Notes under the pieces: model-generated | Told to the model about the DNA's origin: nothing | Database searches by the model: none | Seen by the model: only the letters and a program-made list of their open reading frames with translations | Source of the DNA: Vicinamibacterales bacterium | GTDB taxonomy: Bacteria; Acidobacteriota; Vicinamibacteria; Vicinamibacterales; UBA2999 | Assembly: GCA_039934485.1 (NCBI GenBank) | Contig: JBDTMB010000002.1 | Coordinates: 1 to 45,253, forward strand | DNA length: 45,253 bases | Direction: 5' to 3' | Part shown: positions 40,093-45,253 of the stretch, piece by piece | How the letters are laid out: the number at the start of each line of letters is the position of its first letter | Numbering within the stretch: position 1 is the stretch's first letter | Translations under genes and position numbers: made by a program

Positions 40093-41894
40093 AGCCAGGG
40101 CGGCTGACGGCCGGTTGGATCAGCGCCATCGTTCCAACCATCGGCCGTACCCAATCGTTGACGCGACTCCTCGAATCGCTGGCCGCGCAATCGCGCCAGC
40201 CGGACGAGATCATCGTGGCCGACGGCAGCGGCACTGCAGAAGTGGAGCAACTGGTCGCGCAACCAACTTGGGTCGCCTCTGGATTGAACGTCCGGCGAAT
40301 TGCCGTGCAGCCACCGAACGCCGTCCGCCAGCGGGTCGCGGCCATCGCTGATGCACAGGGCGAGTACCTGTTGATGCTCGATGACGACGTCGTCCTCGAA
40401 CCAGATTGTGTCGCGGAGCTGATGGCAGCGCTTGGTTCCGACCCGCACGTCGTTGGAGCGGTCGCTGACTACAACACCCAGTCGTGGCCGATGCCGACGC
40501 GCGCGTGGCGTTTCTACATGCGGTATGTGCTCGGGATGAAACCTCGTTCCTGGGAGGGCCGGGTCGTCGGACCGCTGTTGCGCTTCGGCTACAATCCCAC
40601 GCCGGCTAACACCGCGCCGATCGAATGGCTCAGCACCTGCAACACGCTGGTCCGCCGCTCCGCGTACGACGCGGCCGGGGGATTTTCCGATTTCTTTCTC
40701 CATCGCTGCACCATGAATGAGGACGTCGATCTCGGCCTGAAGATGTCCCGGGTCGGGGCGCTCGTGTTTTGTCCGCGCGCCCGGCTGGGGCACTTCCACG
40801 CGCCGGGGGGCCGGGTGTCCCCCCGGGACGCCGCGGAAGACGATCTCTACAACCGGTATTTCGTGATGCGGCGGACCCAGGGCCGTTCGGCGCTGTCGGC
40901 GTTCGGATCGGCGTGCCTGTATTTCGTGATCGAGACGATCAGCAACCTTGGCGGCGCCGCGCTTCGGCGGCGCTCCAACGGCGCCGGCCAGCGGTTGACC
41001 GGACGCCTTCGTGCGCTCGGCAAGATCGTCGCTCGGCCCGGCCCGGGTCGCGCCGCACTGAAGCACTATTGGTCGGTCGTCAGAGACCACCCGCGCCCGC
41101 TGCGGTTCCTGGCGGCGAAGGCGTTGGTGGCCACCGGTGCGTGCCGCCTCTTCACGATCGAGCAGCGCGGCTACCGGCTGCGCTTTCATCCTGCCAACCT
41201 GTCGTCGCAACTCTGGATCGAACCCCACGGCCGCGACCAGGCGCTCGAATTTTTTCGCGACTACCTCAAGCCGGGCGACCGGGTCGTCGACGTCGGCGCC
41301 AACATCGGCGACACCGTGCTGACCGCGGCGGTCCAGGTGGGGCCGACCGGGCACGTCACCGGAATCGAGCCGCATCCGAGGACCTTCCGCTTCCTTCAGG
41401 ACAACGTGGCGCTCAACGGCGTCCACAACGTCAGGTTGATCAACAGCGCCGTGGGTGCGGCGCCAGGCACGGCACGATTCTCCGACGACCGCCGGGATGA
41501 CATGAACCGGATCGGGGGCGGCAGCCTGGAAGTGCGGGTGGCCCGCCTGGATGATCTGGTGGCGGATTGGACGACGATTGCGCTGCTGAAAGTGGACGTC
41601 GAAGGCTACGAGAAGTTTGTGTTCGAAGGCGCGCCCGAGTTGCTGAAGCTGGCACGCTGCGTATACTTCGAGGTCAGCAGCCTGCACTTCCCGCGCTTCG
41701 GATATTCAACCCGGGACCTGCTGACACTCATCGAGTACTCCGGCTTCCGCCTGTTTCGCGCGAACGACAGTCGCCAACTGATACCCATTACGACCGAGTA
41801 CGATACCGCCAATTTCGAAAACCTGGTGGCGCTCCGCGACCTGGACGATTTCCTGCGGCGAACCGGCTGGTCGCTCGGTGCGAGCGGGTCGTGA
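40089..41894 (+). CDS. Bifunctional protein: GT2 domain (tandem paralog of 39136-40092) fused to an FkbM-family methyltransferase domain; start codon uncertain (CTG)
   Basis: GT2 part: ISAIVPTIGRTQSLTRLLESLAAQSRQPDEIIVADGS, LLMLDDDVVL. FkbM part: VVDVGANIGDTVL...GIEPHPRTFRFLQDNVALNG...LLKVDVEGYEKFVFEG. No ATG/GTG/TTG lies between the upstream stop and the conserved N-terminal strand. CTG 40089 follows SD GAGGAG by 6 nt, and CTG 40104 aligns with the paralog's ATG. Confidence 0.7.
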   Translation: MKPGRLTAGWISAIVPTIGRTQSLTRLLESLAAQSRQPDEIIVADGSGTAEVEQLVAQPTWVASGLNVRRIAVQPPNAVRQRVAAIADAQGEYLLMLDDDVVLEPDCVAELMAALGSDPHVVGAVADYNTQSWPMPTRAWRFYMRYVLGMKPRSWEGRVVGPLLRFGYNPTPANTAPIEWLSTCNTLVRRSAYDAAGGFSDFFLHRCTMNEDVDLGLKMSRVGALVFCPRARLGHFHAPGGRVSPRDAAEDDLYNRYFVMRRTQGRSALSAFGSACLYFVIETISNLGGAALRRRSNGAGQRLTGRLRALGKIVARPGPGRAALKHYWSVVRDHPRPLRFLAAKALVATGACRLFTIEQRGYRLRFHPANLSSQLWIEPHGRDQALEFFRDYLKPGDRVVDVGANIGDTVLTAAVQVGPTGHVTGIEPHPRTFRFLQDNVALNGVHNVRLINSAVGAAPGTARFSDDRRDDMNRIGGGSLEVRVARLDDLVADWTTIALLKVDVEGYEKFVFEGAPELLKLARCVYFEVSSLHFPRFGYSTRDLLTLIEYSGFRLFRANDSRQLIPITTEYDTANFENLVALRDLDDFLRRTGWSLGASGS

Positions 41895-42766
41895 GCGGCG
41901 TCACCGCCATCGTGACCGCATTCCAGCGAATCGATCAAACGCTGGCGACGCTGCGAACGCTCGAGGGCTGCGTTCCGCCGCCGGCGGAAATCTTGGTCCA
42001 CGTTGACGGCAATCAACGCGCGTGTGCCGAGGCCATCCGGGCGGCCCATCCCGGTGTTCGCGTCTTGATCAGCGAGGGGACGGCCGGTCCGGGCGGCGGC
42101 CGCAATCGGCTCATCGCGGAGTCGACGCAGCCCTTCGTCGCCAGTTTCGACGACGACTCGTACCCCATTGACGCCGACTATTTCTCGCGCGCCACCGAGG
42201 TGTTCGCGTCGTTTCCCGACGCGTCAGTGATCGGGGCGTCCGAATACCACAGCGACGAAGTGATCGGGCCCGACACCAGGACCGCATCCTGGGTGGCGGA
42301 CTTTGTCGGCGGGGCCTGCGCCTACCGGCGCGACGCCTTCCTGAGAAGCGGCGGCTATGTGCCGATTGCGACGGCGTACGGCATGGAGGAAGTGGACCTG
42401 GCCCTGCGTCTGCACGCCAGCGGCGGCCGGGTGTTGCGGACGCGGTGGCTGCGGGTGTTTCACGACACGGATCGGGCGAGGCACGCCGATCCTGCCGTGA
42501 CGGCCGCGAGCATTGCCAATATCGCCCTGCTGGCGTACCTGCGGTATCCGATCTGGTTGTGGGGGGTCGGCGTGGGGCAGGGCTTCAACCGGATCGTCTG
42601 GCTGCTCGGTCATGGCCGGCGCCGTGGCATCCTCCGCGGCCTGGTGAGCATTCCGGTGGTGCTGCGCCAATACGCGAGCGCCCGCCACCTGGTGACGGCG
42701 GCGGCCCTGTTTTCGTACCTGCGCTTGCGGCGGCACCCCGTGGCTGCGCCATTCGGGCGGGTATGA
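41891..42766 (+). CDS. GT-A fold glycosyltransferase (family 2-like)
   Basis: VTAIVTAFQRIDQTLATLRTLEGC...EILVHVDG, and ASFDDDSYP (DxD). GTGA overlap. The upstream extension from 41567 was rejected. Confidence 0.75.
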   Translation: MSGVTAIVTAFQRIDQTLATLRTLEGCVPPPAEILVHVDGNQRACAEAIRAAHPGVRVLISEGTAGPGGGRNRLIAESTQPFVASFDDDSYPIDADYFSRATEVFASFPDASVIGASEYHSDEVIGPDTRTASWVADFVGGACAYRRDAFLRSGGYVPIATAYGMEEVDLALRLHASGGRVLRTRWLRVFHDTDRARHADPAVTAASIANIALLAYLRYPIWLWGVGVGQGFNRIVWLLGHGRRRGILRGLVSIPVVLRQYASARHLVTAAALFSYLRLRRHPVAAPFGRV

Positions 42767-43989
42767 CGGCGTCACACTCCCGCTGGATCACCTGCCACCT
42801 TGGCGCGCGCGAGCATTACGCGGTGCCGCGCGCGCTCCATCATGAGCACCACCTGCAACTCCTCATCGCCGACGCGTGGGTCAAGCCGGGCAGCATCTGG
42901 TCGCGCCTCCCGGGCGCCCTGTCCCGACGGTTGTCCGAACGGTACCATCCGGACCTGGCCTGCGCGAACGTGCGCCACTTCACGTTGGCGCTGATGGCGC
43001 GCGAGGCGCTCTGGCGCACCCAGCGCACCTCCGGCTGGCCACTGTTGATGGAACGCAACCGCTGGTTCGGCACGCGCGCCGCGGCCGCGCTTCGGCGCGT
43101 GCCGGACCGCGCCGGGACGCCGACCGTCGTGTTCGCCCATAGCTATTCCGCCCGCGAGGTGTTCACGCTGGCCCGGTCGCGCGGCTGGACGACGGTGCTC
43201 GGACAAATCGATCCGGGTGAGGAGCACTTCCGCATCGTCGAGCGGTTGGCAACGGAGTGGCCTGAATTTGGGAAAGCGCCGCCGGCGCCGCCCGCCGCGT
43301 ATTTCGAGTCGTGGCGTGAAGAGTGCGCCCTCGCCACCTGGATCGTGGTCAACTCCGACTGGGCGCGGGAATCGCTCCAGCACGCGGGGATCCCACCGGC
43401 CAAGCTTCGCGTGATCCCGATTCCTTACACGCCGGAGCATCCAGCCGAGGTGAACGCCCGCGACTATCCGCGCGTGTTCACGCGCGACCGGCCCCTGCGG
43501 GTTCTCTATGTGGGCCACGCTTCGGTCGCCAAGGGTGTGCCGGCGTTGCTCGAGGCCGTCGCCGGGTTGTCGGATCTGCCGGTTGCGCTGCGACTGGTCG
43601 GCGGCCTCGCGATGGAAGTGCCGTCGCGGTTCGCGCAACACCCTGCCATCACCTGGCTCGGGCCGGTGTCCCGAAGCGACGTGATGCAGCACTACCGGGA
43701 CAGCGACGTGCTGGTGTTTCCGTCGTTCTCCGACGGCTTCGGCATGGCGCAGGTCGAAGCGCAGGGTTGGCGATTGCCGATCATCGCCTCGCGATCCTGC
43801 GGACGGGTGGTGGAGGACGGCGTCAATGGCATCGTGCTGGACGAAGTGTCGGCGGACGCATTGGCCGCGGCGCTCCGCCGCGTGATTGGTGCGCCGAACC
43901 TCCTGGCGGAGTTCTCCCGCCGCGCCGTTGACGACCGCCAATCCAGCACCGCGGCACTTTCAGACGCGCTGGTTGCGCTCGAGCCGTGA
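42763..43989 (+). CDS. Glycosyltransferase family 4 (GT-B)
   Basis: RVLYVGHASVAKGVPALLEAV and VLVFPSFSDGFGMAQVEAQGWRLPIIASRSCGRVVEDGVNGIVL. ATGA overlap. Confidence 0.85.
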   Translation: MTASHSRWITCHLGAREHYAVPRALHHEHHLQLLIADAWVKPGSIWSRLPGALSRRLSERYHPDLACANVRHFTLALMAREALWRTQRTSGWPLLMERNRWFGTRAAAALRRVPDRAGTPTVVFAHSYSAREVFTLARSRGWTTVLGQIDPGEEHFRIVERLATEWPEFGKAPPAPPAAYFESWREECALATWIVVNSDWARESLQHAGIPPAKLRVIPIPYTPEHPAEVNARDYPRVFTRDRPLRVLYVGHASVAKGVPALLEAVAGLSDLPVALRLVGGLAMEVPSRFAQHPAITWLGPVSRSDVMQHYRDSDVLVFPSFSDGFGMAQVEAQGWRLPIIASRSCGRVVEDGVNGIVLDEVSADALAAALRRVIGAPNLLAEFSRRAVDDRQSSTAALSDALVALEP

Positions 43990-45038
43990 TGAGGACCGCG
44001 GAGGCTTGCGATCCATGGTTCATCGCGAACCTGGTGTGTCCATCGGATGGCGGTCCGTTGACCCTGATCGGCGGCGAGCTCGATTGCGGCACGGGTCATC
44101 GGTTTCCAGTCGTGGACGGCGTGCCGGTGATGCTGCTGGACGAAGGCGCGATGACGATGTCCGGCACGGAGAATTCGCTGCGGCGGGCTCGAGGCGAAGG
44201 CGCCGATCCGCGGGCCCCGGAACTGTATCTGGAATCGCTTGGCATCAGCGAGCAAGAGAAGCAGGGCGTGGTGGCGCTCGCATCAGCACGGCCGGCCATC
44301 GACCCCGTCGTCGCCTACCTCATCGCGGCCACCAACGGACTGATGTACCGGCACCTCATTGGCGCGCTCGATCGGTATCCGATCCCCGACCTTCCGCTCC
44401 CGGCTGGTGACGGCCGCTGGTTGTTGGACATCGGCTGCAGCTGGGGCCGCTGGTCGCTGGCCGCGCAGGCGAAGGGCTACAGCGTGGTGGGCCTTGACCC
44501 ATCGCTCGGCGCCGTGATGGCGGCGCGCCGCGTCGCGCGCCGGCTGGGTGCGCCGAACCGCTATGTCGTTGGCGACGCCCGCCGGCTGCCATTCGCCTCG
44601 CAGTTGTTCGACGTGGCCTACTCGTACAGCGTGCTGCAACACCTCTCGAAGGCGGATGTCGGACTGGCGGCGCACGAGATGGGCCGCGTGCTGAAGGCGG
44701 GAGGACTCGCCAAGGTCCAGATGCCGACGCGATTTGGCGCGCGGTGCCTGTATCACCAACTGCGGCGGGGCTTTCGCGAAGGCCGGGGCTTCGAGGTGCG
44801 ATACTGGACGCTTGGGGAACTGGCACGGCTGTTCGGCGCGTCCGTCGGGGCGACGCGATTCGACGTGGACTGCTACTTCGGCATTGGCCTGCAGCCGGCG
44901 GATGAGCCGTTGATGACACCCGCACTCAGGCGGGTGCTGCGCGCCTCGGAACTGCTGAAGACGGCCAGTCGTTCCTTTCCGTTGATGCGATGGATCGCCG
45001 ACAGCGTGTTCGTCGAAGCGCGGAAGGCGGCGGCGTAA
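43986..45038 (+). CDS. Class I SAM-dependent methyltransferase with N-terminal Trm112-like zinc-ribbon-like domain
   Basis: LVCPSDGGPLTLIGGELDCGTGHRFPVVDGVPVML, then LLDIGCSWGRWSL, VVGLDPS, and LFDVAYSYSVLQHL. Start is GTG 43986 (GTGA overlap) or ATG 43989. Confidence 0.85.
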   Translation: MMRTAEACDPWFIANLVCPSDGGPLTLIGGELDCGTGHRFPVVDGVPVMLLDEGAMTMSGTENSLRRARGEGADPRAPELYLESLGISEQEKQGVVALASARPAIDPVVAYLIAATNGLMYRHLIGALDRYPIPDLPLPAGDGRWLLDIGCSWGRWSLAAQAKGYSVVGLDPSLGAVMAARRVARRLGAPNRYVVGDARRLPFASQLFDVAYSYSVLQHLSKADVGLAAHEMGRVLKAGGLAKVQMPTRFGARCLYHQLRRGFREGRGFEVRYWTLGELARLFGASVGATRFDVDCYFGIGLQPADEPLMTPALRRVLRASELLKTASRSFPLMRWIADSVFVEARKAAA

Positions 45039-45039
45039 C

Positions 45040-45253
45040 ATGTGCGGCATCGCCGGGTTCTTCAACTTCAACGGCGCTCCCGCCGACACCGAGGTGGTGG
45101 CGCGAATGGCCGACATCCAGCGCCATCGCGGTCCAGACGATCAGGGCCTGGGCGTGTTCTCGCTCGCCTCCGGCGCCTACCGTGAGATCGGCGGCGCGCG
45201 GCCGCGCCCCGACGGCGTGTTCGAGGGCGCCATCGGGTTCAACCGCCTCAAGA
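45040..45253 (+). CDS. Asparagine synthase (glutamine-hydrolysing)-like Ntn amidotransferase, 5' partial
   Basis: ATG 45040 gives MCGIAGFFNFNGAPADTEVVARMADIQRHRGPDDQG. It has the Cys2 nucleophile and the RGPD motif and runs off the window end. Not in the ORF track. Confidence 0.85.
   Translation, partial: MCGIAGFFNFNGAPADTEVVARMADIQRHRGPDDQGLGVFSLASGAYREIGGARPRPDGVFEGAIGFNRLK

Noticed and set aside
40060-40110. Programmed -1 frameshift or readthrough fusing GT2 39136-40092 with the downstream GT2-FkbM ORF.
   Set aside because: The downstream frame is -1 relative to the upstream one. No X XXY YYZ slippery heptamer or obvious downstream structure is present near the junction.
86-42762. Longer ORF-track starts at 86, 2328, 10949, 19426, 20740, 24906, 38161, 41567 and 42445.
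   Set aside because: Each extension overlaps the preceding gene or a relic and has atypical composition. In each case a start with a 4-nt overlap, a short gap or an SD lies at the point where family similarity begins.
1989-45116. Many long ORFs antisense to, or out of frame with, the called genes. Examples: 1989-2990(-), 5411-6868(+), 9709-10611(-), 11015-12028(-), 13228-14205(-), 16518-17675(-), 17958-18737(-), 18734-19651(-), 19687-20586(-), 21244-22476(-), 24226-25170(-), 24984-26042(-), 25955-26911(-), 27010-27948(-), 38617-40089(-), 39903-41687(-), 42772-43941(-), 44283-45116(-).
   Set aside because: Their translations are Arg/Pro/Ala/Gly-rich low-complexity strings without recognisable motifs. 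They overlap frames that carry clear catalytic motifs. Long stop-free antisense frames are expected in high-GC DNA.
1-45253. Searched by eye for tRNA/rRNA genes, CRISPR repeat arrays, transposases, integrases, phage genes, toxin-antitoxin pairs and long nucleotide-level repeats.
   Set aside because: None found. The only repeats are protein-level paralogies and the intragenic domain duplications described above.

Overview
High-GC bacterial chromosomal segment (roughly two-thirds G+C by eye), almost entirely coding. It is one large surface-glycan (EPS, O-antigen or capsule-like) biosynthesis and export region. All family names come from motif recognition in the supplied translations, because no searches could be run.

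Layout:
- 1-4484 (+): glycosyltransferases, a capsule-synthesis-like (PF05159-like) protein and a small zinc-ribbon ORF.
- 4504-9272 (-): a tightly packed five-gene unit of ECF sigma factor, zf-HC2 anti-sigma factor, GT-C-like membrane protein, orphan Dam-family DNA adenine methyltransferase and membrane-anchored SGNH hydrolase.
- 9378-28005 (+): a long translationally coupled block. It holds a small membrane protein, GT-B and GT2 transferases, two SDR epimerase/dehydratases, several SAM methyltransferases, a NodB deacetylase, an MsbA/PglK-type ABC exporter and a PhyH-like dioxygenase. It also holds a second PF05159-like gene, a NeuB/NeuA-type ulosonic-acid cassette and a second SGNH protein.
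- 28007-28861 (-): a methyltransferase.
- 28856-30918 (+): a GT-C-like protein and a GT2.
- 31036-36099 (+): a monocistronic 1687-aa secreted NHL / Ig-like / MBG / DUF11 / cadherin-like giant protein with its own promoter-like region and a clear intrinsic terminator.
- 36298-39093 (+): an export module of a Ca-loop lipoprotein, an outer-membrane beta-barrel and a short Wza-like OPX protein.
- 39136-45253 (+): four more transferases (one fused to an FkbM methyltransferase), a Trm112-like methyltransferase and the start of an asparagine synthase.

I saw no tRNA, rRNA, CRISPR array, transposase, integrase or recognisable defence system.

Most noteworthy observations:
- The ECF sigma operon carries an orphan Dam methylase, and a mirror-symmetric pair of ECF-like promoters sits in its divergent intergenic region.
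- The giant protein has Cys-bracketed Asp/Arg/His-rich inserts inside both DUF11 domains.
- Two gene relics record duplication and replacement events.
- A GT2-FkbM fusion gene has no canonical start codon; CTG occupies the position of the paralog's ATG.
- The ulosonic-acid cassette has no recognisable precursor enzymes.

The functional interpretations are hypotheses.
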